From assembly GCA_036867785.1 (NCBI GenBank), contig CP145417.1, positions 186,001 to 250,000 on the forward strand: a stretch of 64,000 nt of DNA. The letters run 5' to 3'. This document shows positions 47,281 through 64,000 of the stretch, piece by piece; positions within the stretch are counted from its first letter, which is position 1; each line of letters starts with the position of its first letter. Under the pieces are notes generated by a model. The model was given only the letters and a program-made list of their open reading frames with translations, did no database searches and was not told the DNA's origin. A program made the translations under genes and the position numbers. Origin of the DNA: Plasmodiophora brassicae (lineage: Eukaryota).

Positions 47281-49089
47281 ATGACGAAGCCGCCGCCGGT
47301 GCAGGACGGGTCGTTCGCGGCGCCCGAATTTAACGTGGACCGGTTCCTGTCGCGGCACGCCGACCTGGCTGCGCTGCGGACGTCGCTGGTGGCGACGAGC
47401 GCCGCCGTCGACGCTGCGCTCCGACGCAAGGTCGCGGAACGATATACCGATATCGTGCAGGCGAAACGCGCCTACGGGTCGCTGTTCGACGATCTTGACC
47501 GGATTCAGACGTCGTTGACAACGTTCCGCGACGAACTCGCCGAGTTTCCATCCATCGATGCCGGCGACACCGCGAACAACGCTCCGCTCGATGAGTTATC
47601 GCCCAGGAGTGACAAACCTGCTTCCGAATCGCGTTCCAGAATTGTCGTGGAGTGCAGGGCGCTGATCGACGAAGGGCAGCTGGCCACGGCTGTGGATCGT
47701 ATCGTAACGCATCGTCAGTCGGGTGTCAATGATCCCGATCTGAACGTGGAAATCGAGCGGCTCGCTGATCTGCTCTCACGACAGCTGCAGGCCAGGACGA
47801 CCAACGACGATGACAGAGACCGCATATATGCGCTGTTGGTCCACCTCGGACTCGAACGCGTCGCCATGGACTCGTTCCTGGAGTTCCATTCGTGGTCCCT
47901 CGACGGAATTCGCCGTTCCATTGACCATGACGTGGGCGAGGCGGCGAAAGCGCTCACGAACGCGATCTCGGAGGCCTTGGTCTGCTTTCGCAAACGGTTC
48001 CCAAGGCGTTCGCCGTCGTTCCTGAAGTGGGCCGTTACCGAGGTCAACGCGTTCGGTCAGGCGCTGGAGGCAAGCCGTCTTGGGCAACGCGGGTCCCTTG
48101 ATGAGATCGCGTCAGCGATCTCGCAGGTCGTGGTCCGGTTCCCGTGCCTGCGTCAGCTCGGTGCGAACCTGGGCCCGGTGCTTGAGCCGTCTCTGGAGGA
48201 CCTGGTGGGTCTCGGGCTGCATCGTCGACTGCAGGTCGAGAAGGCCACACTGCAGGCGGTGATCGACAGCGACAGGTTCGAGGTGCCGCCATCGGACAAG
48301 TCGTTCATCACGCAGGTCGACAAGCGCATGACGTCGTTATGGCACTCCGTCATGCTCGTCCCCGTGTTCGACACGTTCCGACCCAGATTCGTCCAGGAAG
48401 TGTCTGGCCTGATCCGGGAACTGTCCTCAATGGTGGCCTCGCGAATCGTCAACGATTCCGGCCTGTCCGACATACAGGTCCTGAACGCCATCGCTGACCT
48501 GAACACGCTCCGGCACCTGGTATTCGACGACGCCGACAAGGTCGGTCGGGTTATCAACGACGAGTGTCGGGAAGGTGTTCGTTGCGATGTACGCGACGTT
48601 GTCACCTGGTGCACGTTGGGCCTGCCGCGACGCTGGGTGGATTCGCTTGCGCCGACCTGGCCCGTTGCTGGAGGTCCGTTGGTCCCTTCGAAGGACGTCC
48701 TGGCGCTGATCGACGCCATGATGCAGTTCAAGACATATATCGTCGATCGAAGGTGGATGAAGGCGCCGTTGGCACGACGAACGATCCGGTTGGCGTTCTG
48801 CGAGGTCGTTCGTATCATGTCCAGTGCGGACAAGCTCGGCAACAGGTCGTTGGACGAACCGGGGTTCCATCGCGCCTGCCTCGATGTCGAACTGTTGCGA
48901 TCTGTCCGGCCCGCGTTCGTCGACGAACCCGACGCCTGTGTCCAGCAGGTCGAACGCCTCCTGGATCGCACCATTGCTCGTTGCCGGGGCAACCACGACG
49001 ACCTCCCTGACGCTTTGCGGGATCGCATACGATCCACCGTCGAAGATCTCGCCGAGCGATGGGCACTTGATCCTGTTCCTGCCGCATAG
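47281..49089 (+). CDS. Exo84-like exocyst subunit (Vps51-type N-terminus), intronless
   Basis: F..PEFNVDRFL...L..LRT.L...LRRKVAERY.DIV.A N-terminus; LVHLG....A...FL and F.KWA..EV..F resemble the Exo84 C-terminal domain. Confidence 0.65.
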   Translation: MTKPPPVQDGSFAAPEFNVDRFLSRHADLAALRTSLVATSAAVDAALRRKVAERYTDIVQAKRAYGSLFDDLDRIQTSLTTFRDELAEFPSIDAGDTANNAPLDELSPRSDKPASESRSRIVVECRALIDEGQLATAVDRIVTHRQSGVNDPDLNVEIERLADLLSRQLQARTTNDDDRDRIYALLVHLGLERVAMDSFLEFHSWSLDGIRRSIDHDVGEAAKALTNAISEALVCFRKRFPRRSPSFLKWAVTEVNAFGQALEASRLGQRGSLDEIASAISQVVVRFPCLRQLGANLGPVLEPSLEDLVGLGLHRRLQVEKATLQAVIDSDRFEVPPSDKSFITQVDKRMTSLWHSVMLVPVFDTFRPRFVQEVSGLIRELSSMVASRIVNDSGLSDIQVLNAIADLNTLRHLVFDDADKVGRVINDECREGVRCDVRDVVTWCTLGLPRRWVDSLAPTWPVAGGPLVPSKDVLALIDAMMQFKTYIVDRRWMKAPLARRTIRLAFCEVVRIMSSADKLGNRSLDEPGFHRACLDVELLRSVRPAFVDEPDACVQQVERLLDRTIARCRGNHDDLPDALRDRIRSTVEDLAERWALDPVPAA

Positions 49090-49381
49090 TGACGACCAGC
49101 GCTATAACGTGCTGTCTGCCTACAACTAGTACTTATTATTATACGCGCCACGTGGTACCGCTGTGCCTATGCCCTCAACGGGAATTGAACGCTGTATCCA
49201 GTCCCCTTTGTGGGTTCTGTTGAAGAATGCCCGCTTTATCGGTATGTGAGATCCGCCTCGCACGGGTCGCTGGACTGGAAGCAGCAGCAGCAGGTCATGT
49301 GTGCTGGGCGATAGAGTAACAATAATTCGGTCGCCGCGGTTCGAACGTAATCGTGTATGTGCTTCAGGAGTGCATGCCGTC

Positions 49382-50385
<1,004 letters not shown>

Positions 50386-50565
50386 TCAAGCACCGACAGC
50401 GACGACCTGCGCGTTCGTACCTGCTGGCCGCGCTAGCGCTCAAGACGTTCGCCCCGAGCTCGCTCTGCCAGACCGTGTTCCAATATCACGCCCTGTTGTG
50501 AGGTCATCACGTCGTCGCGCTTGCTAGTGGGTACAGGCTCCGCCTTCTTGTGCGGAAGACTTGGT

Positions 50566-50835
50566 CCCATAGGAGGCGCCGTGCGGACAGCCGGTATATA
50601 GGGCCCGCGGGCGCACGACAGGCGGCAACCTTCTCGGCCTTTTGGCTAAGATCAAGTGTAGTATCTGTTCTAAGACTCGTGACAAAGTCTTCCGGTCTAC
50701 AAGACCGTCTTGTCATGATTATTTTTACAGCCGGGGCTCTGGGCTCTGGCTTGCTATCCCAGCGTCCGTACGTGACCTCTGTATTGCAGTACAGCAGAGT
50801 GTCGCGGGCACCCCCCTCCAATAATTCAAATCGAA
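50566..50835. repeat. Dispersed ~270-bp repeat, copy 2
   Basis: Near-identical to 34465-34734; lies just upstream of hAT transposase relics. Confidence 0.9.
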
Positions 50836-50929
50836 TGGCCTGTTTCCGTAGGCGTCTGGCATCCCTTGACCCCAAGGCAGCCCGGCCTCTCAAATTTAAA
50901 CTTCTTTTAATTTTGGGGTCTCAAAATAG

Positions 50930-52760
50930 TCAGGTAACGGTGCTCGTGTGCCGTCGTGCGAGATCATTGACGTTTTGATCGGCCAGCTTCTGTGGCGTCC
51001 TGGGCAAATGTCACGTTTCCAGCTTGATATTGGCACTGGCTCGAGTTACTCTGCGACCCTCAACGAGGCGAACCTGTTCCAAATGGTACTCCGTCACCCT
51101 GCCCGGGGATGCCGTTCCGGATGGCCGCCTTTGCGGTCAATGGTGCGAAGGTTGTCACCGGGTATTCGATGCTTGGGTGCGCTTCGGATGTTAAAGACGC
51201 AACGTTCGGGCGCATTTAGTGTGCGTCCAACTTCCTGTCACTCGCATCTTCGCTTTGTCGCCAATGGGCTTTCTCGATTGCATTCGATGGTGCATTGTGC
51301 GAGGGCACTGGCTGTATCGATGTGCGCTGCAACGCTGGTCGGATGCAGAATCGACCTGTCATTGCCGCTCCGATGTTCGATTCACATACCGGCGAGTCCA
51401 TGTTCAACATGTTGTGCCAGCTCTTCGATGTTCTAAGTCCGACGTGGACGAGATGCATGATAGGCAGTTCGGCCGACGGTACCACTAATATGGCAGGTAA
51501 CGATAAAACGTGGGACTCCTAAGCACCATCTCATTTCGATATTTCTATTATAGGCCGAATATCAGGCGTACAGACTCGATTACAAGCGGTGGCACTTCCT
51601 GGGTTTGTGCGAATCTGGTGCTACTTGCATCAATTGCACTTGTTCCTGCAAGGCTCCTGTCGATGGAGGCCAGTTCTACCGCCAAGCAACTGCTATTTAA
51701 TCGAACCTCAGACGGCAGTATACGCTGATTGGCGAGGTATGTGAGACTTGCCCAGCGCTGTCCAAGACACGATGGTCGTCAGTGGCCTGCTTGATGCTCC
51801 ATCGCAGCGCTGGTGGTTGACAACCTCAGCGTTGAACGTCGTCGCTGTCATCGCAAGCGAAAGGGTTGCCGGTTTCAGGGCAAGGAGGCGCTTCTTGGCA
51901 CCAATTCGCTGAACGGGGTGCGCTCTTCGATCAGGTAAAGCAGCTGGGGATCGCGACTGAATCTCGCCCGATGGCCGGTATACGTATGGGCGAGTTGCTG
52001 GATACGGTTGCCGTCGGCCAGTGGAGCTTTCTGAAGGACGCCCTGAAAAGATGGGTCAAGGCCTCTTTGAGGTGGAGGCGCTTGAAGACATGGACGTCGA
52101 CGACATTGACTTCACGGTGAACTCTGCGGCGACGTTGCTGTTGGCGATCGTTGCGAAAGATGACACTGTGGCAGAGAAAGTCACCGTTCCAGTACTGCCC
52201 CATGAGCTCGTAAATAATCAAGAAGCACCAGGATCGCCTGTTGACGAGCGGGTCCGACGACGATGTCACCAAGATTGTCGCACAGCATCAGGCACTGAAC
52301 GACGTACGGGACAGCAGTCCGAGGATGCGAACTCGACTCTTCCGCTGCGATGGAGAGTGCACCACGAAATCAATGTCATCGGCGTCCATGCCTTCAAGCG
52401 CCTCCACCTGAAAGAGACCTCGATCCATTACCATCCCTTTCAGATCGTCTTCTGGAAGCTCCACTGGCCGACGACAACCGTATCAACAAACTCGTCCGTA
52501 CATAGACCGGTCGTAGGGCGAGATTCAGTCGCGAACGCCAGCTTCTTCACCTGATGGAAGAGTCCACGTAGTTCAGCGAATTGGTGCCCGAGAAGCGCCT
52601 CCTTGCCCTGACACCGGGCAACCGTTTCGCTTGCGATGACCGCGACGACGCTCAACGCTGAGTTTGTCCCTGAACCGTAATACCGTGTCTTCCGGCACTA
52701 TACTGACTGAACTAAGGCTTACCCGCCCAGGCATCCCACGCGATTGGTACCCGTCGCCCG
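50930..52760 (+). mobile_element. Decayed hAT-like transposase fragments, including a ~300-bp inverted pair
   Basis: PMFDSHTGESMFNML..LFDVLSPTW...IGSSADGTTNMAG resembles hAT HTGE...STDGA.NM.G; many frameshifts; 51825-52126 is the reverse complement of 52352-52661. Confidence 0.65.
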
Positions 52761-52858
52761 CCATAACGGTTGTAGCGCGGCAACGGTTCCTCAGCGAACG
52801 TCCTGGATGTCGGCGCCGGTGTCAAGACCTACACGCTGACCAAGAAGTCGAATATAGT

Positions 52859-54547
52859 TTAGAAGAAGGCATGGGAGATAAGCCACGATAGGAGCGCGAC
52901 GAACAAGCACGACCCGAGCAGCTGTTTGTGCGCCAGCCATCGAAGATTGATAGGCTTGCCGAGAGCCTGCCCGATGATATCAGACGCGAAATGCAACGGG
53001 CCGATCAAGACCCGGAACTCATCTTCCGTGGGTGGCAGGTCCCAGGACGACGTGCCCAGGAACGGGACGTCCATCTTGGAGCATACGGCAACGCCCTGAC
53101 GAAGGAGATCGCGATTCTCGCCCGGGTCGGCACCATCAGCCACCGGCTCAGGACACGGCGGGATGGGTTCCTGCGCGCGAACACGCCCGACGACATCCTT
53201 CAGGCGATCCTGCGGGATCTTGCTGACCTCGATCAGGAATATGCGTTCGAGATCGCCCTGAACCGCCCTTAGTGCAGTGGCCGCCTCTGGACCAGCGCCG
53301 TCTTGAGAAACGCAGACGGCTGCCCATAGTTGCAACGCGTACTCGAAGGTCAGCGTCGACGGCGAGCGGAACGGGACGTAGTCGGTCGGCGGTGCGATCG
53401 ACAGCGACTGGAAGCGTCGCCAGTCGACCGATGCTTGCGAGTACAGCAACCCGAACTTGGCTTCGCACGCCAGCAGCATGTCGATCACGTCCTGCTGGGC
53501 GAACTGCTCCAGGACGCGATGGACGGCTGTCATCGACGACGCCGACGACCGGTTGACGTGCACGGCGGACGACAGGTACTGGGACAGCAGCACCGAGTAG
53601 AAAGGCAGCTGCATTTGGACGAAGGAATCCCATTGGGCGACTGGTTGAGGGGGGACGGCATGTCGCCAGGGCTTGACCCAGAACAGCCACAGGTCAGCGA
53701 CGCGACCGGACATGGCGTCGATCCGGGACAGGGGCCATCGGGACAGCGCCGCGAACAGGAACCGGAAGAGCGGCCCGCGAACGAGGTCGAGCAGCTCGAA
53801 GGGCGCCGAGTGCAGGAGCAGGTGGCCGAGCAGCGTGACGACATGGGAGAAGAGGGCGTCGGGCGGGACGGCGAACTCCACGTCGGACGCGTCGCACGTG
53901 AACGCCGTCAGCCACAGTTCGGCGGCGATGGACACCATCTCCCGGGAGCGTTCCATCTGGAAATCGACGACGATGGCGGACTCGGACCAGAGCGCCGTCG
54001 CGGGCGACTTCGGGATCAGCGCGTCCAGCAGCTGCCTGAGGAACTCCAACGCGAACCCGGACGTGGACGACGATGAGGCGCGCGCGTAGTACTGGGCGAC
54101 GCTGATGAAGAAGTGCTCGAAGATGTTGACCTCGACCGAGTCGTTGTGGAGCGCATGCGAGGACGCCAGCCAGGAGACGTCATCGCCGGCGAGCACAGCC
54201 GACCGGATCGAGGGCGGCAGCGCCGTCAACGGCAGACGGTACTTGGGCGGGATCTGGATATCAAACAGGATGTAGAACAGGACGCCGTTGACGGGCGACA
54301 GTAGAGCGGCGAGGGCGTCCTGCGACGAGGGGCCTAGGTCCATCCAGCAGGGCGACTTCTGCGGGGCGAACGCCGCCTCGACGCAATCGACCAGGAGGTC
54401 GTGCAACTGCGCCAGGCGCTCCGGGCGCTGGACGAGCGCGCGCAGGCACCGCACGACCGCCCGCAACGACGCATCGGTGCGGGCGCCGTCCACCGCGGCC
54501 CGCGCCTCGTCGATCAGCGTCATCTCCTGACGCACGTCGAACACCAT
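52859..54547 (-). CDS. SMPD4/neutral sphingomyelinase-3-like protein, intronless
   Basis: NIFEHFF, ELWL, LFRFL..A...WP, DLWL.WVKPW, W..FV....PFY..L, P....E...L, INLRWLA and a C-terminal TM helix. Confidence 0.75.
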   Translation of the reverse strand: MVFDVRQEMTLIDEARAAVDGARTDASLRAVVRCLRALVQRPERLAQLHDLLVDCVEAAFAPQKSPCWMDLGPSSQDALAALLSPVNGVLFYILFDIQIPPKYRLPLTALPPSIRSAVLAGDDVSWLASSHALHNDSVEVNIFEHFFISVAQYYARASSSSTSGFALEFLRQLLDALIPKSPATALWSESAIVVDFQMERSREMVSIAAELWLTAFTCDASDVEFAVPPDALFSHVVTLLGHLLLHSAPFELLDLVRGPLFRFLFAALSRWPLSRIDAMSGRVADLWLFWVKPWRHAVPPQPVAQWDSFVQMQLPFYSVLLSQYLSSAVHVNRSSASSMTAVHRVLEQFAQQDVIDMLLACEAKFGLLYSQASVDWRRFQSLSIAPPTDYVPFRSPSTLTFEYALQLWAAVCVSQDGAGPEAATALRAVQGDLERIFLIEVSKIPQDRLKDVVGRVRAQEPIPPCPEPVADGADPGENRDLLRQGVAVCSKMDVPFLGTSSWDLPPTEDEFRVLIGPLHFASDIIGQALGKPINLRWLAHKQLLGSCLFVALLSWLISHAFF

Positions 54548-54775
54548 GACGACGGCGACTGCGCGACGGAGTTCGCGATCCTAATAATAGCGTCGCCCTG
54601 CGCCCCTCGTTGCACACGACACCACGCGGGGGCACACCGCTGACCGTGTAGGCACCTAGAGCAGTACGGTAAAGGTCGCACATGGAACGCATCGGGTGCT
54701 CCAGGAGGGCTAATGGTCGATTTAGTACTTCGCTTCGGACATCTGGACAGGGTGGCGCCCCATGGGTAGCCTCGA

Positions 54776-58626
<3,851 letters not shown>

Positions 58627-59005
58627 GGTGGTCGCGTCGATGGCGATGCAGACCGAGTCGCTGCCCTGCGCCCGGCCGTCGATTGGTTCACAACACACGC
58701 GGATCAATTTCGGCAAATCGCAGTCTGCCGTTCTCCGCGACTCGCCTCTGTTTGTCCCCGTGCCACGCCCACGGCTCCCGCTGCCACGTCATCCTGCGGA
58801 CACCGCCAGCCGCGAAGTCGACCCGGATAATAATATTCCCATCTGTGGCTTCGACAATGGGCAGTCCAAATGGTTCGACTGCGATGACCGTCTACGCCTT
58901 GTAGGCACGTGTTTGGTCGAACGTGACCGGCGTACAAGTGCTGCCATCGACCTCAATCGGAGTGCGCCAACCTGAGTCGTCAGTTACGATTTTGGCGTTT
59001 CGGCA

Positions 59006-59640
59006 ATGGATAATCCGCTGGACGCGTATCTTCGCGGGCTGCGTGCCGATGCTGCTGAGCTCAGCGTGGCGTTATCGAAGGTGAACCTCGAAGGGCCGGG
59101 CCCCGAACGACAATGGTTGCCTTTGTCGCCTTGTTGGCACCGCCTGTCGTGTAACGAACAATCGCAGGCCGGCGTTGCTGTCGCAGTTCCTGCTGATCAC
59201 GAGCAAGCTGAGCAGTATCACCCAGGATTTGATTGGGTCCGGTATCGAACGCGAGCTGGCGTCCGGGTTTGTGTTCGTCCCGACCGTCGATAATTTCGAC
59301 CCAGCACAGCTCATTCGTGTGAAGCCGATCACGGAAGTCGAGGATCAGGCGCAGGCCCGCCTTGCGGAATTCGATCGCGACGATGACATGGAGCGCGACG
59401 ACATCACACTATCTGTAATCCCACCTTGTTCGTCCGCTGAACGGCATCTGATTTGTTCCATGCCAGGATCGCTTGCAGGAATTCGCCTCGTCGTGTTCCG
59501 AAGTGGTGGAGTCCATCCTGAAGGTGCCTGCTGCGAAATCGACTGGTAGTACTGGTTCGGCTAGTGTGTCGGTTGTCAGTAACGACGAGAGCGTTCGGGC
59601 CCTCGTGTCCGCCTACCAGCGTGGTGAGTCTCTCCGATAG
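59006..59640 (+). CDS. MED8: Mediator subunit MED8-like (about 3 exons)
   Basis: W|PALLSQF..I..KL..I...L, FVFVP, P.QLIRVKPITEVE (Med8 LRTK..PEVE) and C-terminal LVSAY..GE.LR*. Confidence 0.6.
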
Positions 59641-59653
59641 AGCAATATATTAT

Positions 59654-60220
59654 TCACCGGTCATCGTCACAAGAGCAATCGCTGTTGTGGAAACGATGAA
59701 CGCGACTGGCGTCTCGAAACCAGATATCGCGTTTGAAGGTCGTCGATACTCGCTTGTACGTCGCGTGGCAGTCGGGGTACGCTCGAGTCGTCTTCCTGAC
59801 ATCGATTCGCCTGTGCGTCTGTACGGTCAGCGCATACGAAATCGCGAGCTTTTCGCTGCGAAGGTGTAACGCTTCGCACGCATCGTCGACAGTGGAGCTC
59901 TCATTTATGATGAAGACGGCAGAGACTTCTTCGGCGAATACCGCCCAATCTTCTTCAGGGTTCGCTGATGCGCCTTCATCAACGTCGCATCCAACTGGAA
60001 CATGACGTCGTTCGAAAATACATGTATCGCCTGCGGCGGCTTCGTCGTTCCCCGCGCGTATCGCCGGCAGGATCGCCGCGCGTGACACCACCAGTGTCCA
60101 GCGCCCCGACATCCGCCAGTGAGCATGCAGCCATCCAAATGAAGCTACACCGCGGCAGCCAGCACGCCGACGTCAGTGAGCCCTGCAGCCAACACTGTCG
60201 TGCAGACTGCAGTTCGGCAT
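59654..60220 (-). pseudogene. Decayed E/E+/DYW cytidine-deaminase domain of the PPR RNA-editing-factor type
   Basis: ALHLRSEKLAISYAL...I.V.K..RAYPDCH...K.VS..F.RDI..RDASRVHRF..SDCSCDDDR*. The upstream E+-like part (IHVFSND...LKKIGRYSP) is in another frame. Confidence 0.8.
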
Positions 60221-60260
60221 GTTGCGTGACTGGATCGGCGGCGGTCCCCCGTTCGAACGT

Positions 60261-61109
60261 TTATTCGACATTGAACAGGACAGTGACGGAGTCGTTGAGG
60301 CCCGCCTGAAGGGTGTCGCCGCGTCGCACGGGTCCGACGCCGGCGGGCGTGCCGGTGAGGATCAGGTCGCCGGGCTCCATGGAGAAGATCGAGGAACAAT
60401 GGGAGACGAGTGCGGGGACGCTGAAGATCATGTCCTTCGTGCTGCCGTCCTGCTTGACGACATCGTTGACCTGCGAACGGTTCAGGACGAGCCCGCCGGG
60501 ATATTGCGAATGCAGCGACGAACGGTCAGCCAAAGGCGTGTGTCAGACGGGTCTGGAAGCTGATCACGAGAGATGAACTCAGAGAGCGGGCAGAACGCTG
60601 ATGAAGGACGTCAGGCTGTACGAATCGTGGCAGGGTCGGCAATCACCGACTGTCATAGCCTTTGGCAACTGTCCACGGGTGCCCAGCTTTGATCGCTTTC
60701 GCTTGCAGGTCTGGCGAAGCAGACGTCGGGAACAAATCACTCATCGAACGGCGTTGATCAGCGTACCACGGCAGGTCATGTCGAGAGCCAGCACGAATCC
60801 ACCGATATAGTCGAACGCGTCACGCTCTGCTACGCGCGACGTGGTACGCGACCCGATCACAACGCCGAGTTCCACCTCGTGGTGCACTTCCTCGATCCCA
60901 GCTGGGATGCGGATCGATTGCCCCGGCCAGATCCGCGACGACGGTGGCTTCAGGAACTGTAGGCATGCGTGTCAGCTGAGGATCACGCCATACACCGCCC
61001 CTACAAGAATCGGCGACGTCGGCACGGCATTGTTCAGCTCCTTGGCGTGCTGCGCGTAGTTCCTGCCGACGCCAATGATCAACCGGGACCCGACATCGAT
61101 CGACCGCAT
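60261..61109 (-). CDS. FAHD1: FAH-family hydrolase (FAHD1/acylpyruvase-like), multi-exon
   Basis: IGVGRNYAQHAKEL, FLKPPSS, VHHEVELGVVIG, ALDMT.RDLQ, PWTVAKGYD, TKDMIF, MEPGDLILTGTPAGVGP. Confidence 0.92.
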
Positions 61110-61527
61110 GGTCGTCCCCGCCCGGGTGATATGCCGTCAATTTTGTGACCTGTCACTGGCGATCGGAAACGGAAGGGGGTGCGTCATCACGAGACGACCA
61201 ACTGCCAGGCACATCCACCACTGCGTGCACCCGCGTTGCGATCGACGCGTGTCGGAGTGTGTACGTATCGACACCTTCAGGATCTCCAACGAGGTATCCG
61301 AAATTGTCGACCACGTCATGGGCGACTCTGGGCCAGACGCGCGATGCTGAATGGCGAGGACAAACAGCTCACCAGCGTCAGCAGCAGCGGCGCAAGAGCC
61401 AGGTGAGTCGGGTCTAAACGATACACGGCAGCAGTCGCAGGTCACAGCTCACGAACGACCTGGATTGCATCGGACGACGGGCACATTGAAGACTCCTGCG
61501 CTGCAGGCAGGTGTCATCGTGTATGCT

Positions 61528-64000
61528 CTAAACGAGTTTGGATACTTGGGACATGTCTAGGGTGCGGGGGTTTGATGACGCTGGCGACAGCGGCTCTCCT
61601 ACACGAAACCGTGTTGAACTGCCTGGGCCAGGACGCATCGGGTGTGGCGTCGACTTACTACTTTTGGGCGAAAACATGCCCTTGATGCCAGAGAAGATGC
61701 CGCGCTTCGGGGTGGTCTTAGCAGCGTCCAGCTTCTTGCTGTCGCGGCGCTTCTTGAAGAGATCCCTGAGGGCGGTCCACGCGCCCTTGAAAATCGTCTT
61801 GATCGCATTGCCGAGACGCGACAGGTCCAAAACGAGGCCCTTCGTGACGTATTGCACTTCGTTGGATCCCTTCTTCCTGTGCCAATACGTGACGTTGAAG
61901 AAGAGGGACGATTGGTGCTCAACGTTCAAGTGCAGGCCGGTTGTGATCTTGTGCAACCCGACACGGCCCCGGAGGACGCGGTTGACCTGCTGTGGATCCT
62001 CCTGGGCGCCTTCGAGCATGGCCACCTCGTCTTTGTTCGGCTCCCGAGCCAACGTCTTGTCGTCATCGCCGTCCTCGTCACCTTCGCCCGCAGTGCCGTC
62101 TTTCAGCAGTGACACCGTGTCGTCGACCGTCTTCTTCTTCTTCGTGAACTTCCTCTTCAGCCACTTCCAGGGCCCTTTACTGCAAGGCGGCGTTCAGTCG
62201 TCGACCATGAGCTGGATTGGGATTACGATGCCTACATGCTCCGGACGGTCTTGTCCCACAGGTCCTGGAAGGTTCCCAGCTCGAGCTCGACGACGGCCAT
62301 GAAGCTGGCGTCCTTCATGCGCCGGAAATCGACATTGTTGGCGGCGACCATGACGCTGGCCCGCACCAGGCCGAACAGGTACCCGTCAACCTGGAAGTGC
62401 ACGTTCTTGTAGTCGATGGCAACGACCACGTGCGCCCCGATCCCGAGGACGCTAACGTACCCTTCCATGTAGGCGCCGACCTTGGGCAGGCCCACCTCGG
62501 CGTAGAACTGTGAACGCGTGTCCCGTTAGTATGCTGGACAGACCAACCGCGTTCGACATCGGTGGATGAGTACCTTGGGGCCGAGCGCCGATCCTTTGTC
62601 TCGACGGATCTGGACAACAGGGCCAAGGTTGACGGGGTCGAGCTCGAAGTCCATCATGACGCGGACGGGGAATCCCCAGACCGTGTCGATGTGCAACATA
62701 GCTTTGGCTTCGTACCCGAGAACGTTGACGATGCCCTGCATGCGGACGCCGCCGGGGATGATCGCGAACTTCGTCGCCGCTGGACAGACAGACGGTCAGC
62801 GAACAGGCTGTGGAACATTACGGGTAGGCGGCGGCGTACTTTCGCGCGCCGACGCCGAGATGGCCACCTTCCTGATGCCGGTGCATGTCAGGAACGACAG
62901 CGCCTTACGCAACGGGAACGTTTTCTTGACACGGCGCTCGCCTTGCGGCGCGTCCGGCGACGGTTCGGGCAGCGTATCCGGGTCGTCGACACCGGCAACC
63001 TCGCCGAACATCTTCTGTTCCTTGCTCGACTGTACGTTCCGTCGCTTCGCTTCCTGTTTGCCCATCGCGAGACTCATCTTCAAGACGTGCAGCAGCTGGC
63101 ACGACGATCAGGTTAGTGGTCCGGCGCCCGTTTCGAATTCGATCGCCGGATACCTTGTCGAACGTGAGCTCCGAGACCTTCCCGAGCACAAACCACCCGT
63201 GGTAGTCGTGCAACGATGGGATCGAGACGCCGAGGTAGGCCTGCACCTCGATGGCGTTCTCCTCGGTGAACGTCCCGTCCGGGTTCGACGGCCCGATCCA
63301 CATCGTCGCGCCGACCGACACGGCCGTCGGCTGGAACGCCCAGGTCAACGACGCGGATCCCTGCACGTTCTCGATGTGCAGGAAGTTCTGCCCGAACGGA
63401 CGCAGCCATTTGCCACGACCCAGGACGACCCCTAAGCGTATGGATCAGTCGAGGCGGTGCCGTCTCCCGTTGCGGGGCCGACCTGTGAACCCAGTGAGAC
63501 CCGGCAGGACGTACATGCCCAGGCCCATGTCGGATCCGGGGCCGAAGACCCATTTGGGGCGCGGGAAGTCCAGAGTGCCACCAACTGTCCTGAACGTGGT
63601 TAGATATGCGGCTGGAAGGTGACGATGTCGACCAGGGGACCTTCGAGGATGGGTGGGGCGAACGGCGCGAACGGATAGAAGGCGCCGACGACGCCGGCGT
63701 GGACGTCGCGCCAGGACCACCCGTTGGGCATGCCCTTGGTGATGTTCTTCAGGGCGACGTGCAGGGTGAACCGCTCCATAGAGATATACATGTTCAGCCA
63801 TGTGTCCTTGCGGAGGCGCTCGCCGAGGAAGAAGCAGAGCGTGCGCTTGTCGCCGCAATGATGGATACGCCCGACCTGCCCGCTGCCGCGCATGTGCTTC
63901 ATGTCCATCGACGTCGTGATCGCCATGGTCACCATGTCGAACGTGTCCATGCCGATGATGTGCTTCGAGATGTTCCTGCCGAAGAACCGGTCGAGGGTCC
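61528..64000 (-). CDS. C-terminal part of a large, beta-rich hypothetical protein; multi-exon, 5' end outside the window
   Basis: Chain of - strand ORFs (63600-63950, 63445-63858, 62905-63366, 62796-63083, 62526-62741, 62232-62495, 61528-62115) separated by short GT-AG gaps, with GC-rich third codon positions. Confidence 0.7.

Noticed and set aside
59654-59860. DYW domain repaired by RNA editing (CGG to UGG at the last codon)
   Set aside because: Only one lesion is C-to-U correctable; the His, Cys and Tyr changes and the frameshift are not.

Overview
Gene-dense eukaryotic DNA, GC-rich, with short (~55-70 nt) GT-AG introns and genes linked to flagella. This fits a plasmodiophorid protist such as Plasmodiophora brassicae, but that is an inference. 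The most notable system is a tandem array of three signal-peptide-bearing HECT-type E3 ubiquitin ligases (3721-11368) next to a CACTA-like transposase. Their catalytic Cys exon appears only after splicing, and they are candidate host-targeted effectors. The window also holds an SMCHD1-like GHKL-ATPase/SMC-hinge gene and a family of intronless signal peptide + PA-like + 7TM receptors (three intact copies and one relic split by an 8-bp-TSD hAT-type MITE). Other unusual items are a CE4 deacetylase-like membrane protein lacking metal ligands, a decayed plant-type DYW deaminase domain, a Gypsy-like element nested in a Copia element with an internal inverted duplication, and inverted hAT transposase relics. 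Housekeeping genes include Chibby-like, TauE, RRM, PHD/ePHD, LSm8, ARMT1, CSDE1, ATAT1, STX18, Exo84-like, UBC4, SMPD4-like, SERCA, MED8 and FAHD1. Exon boundaries and family assignments were read by eye; no database search was run.
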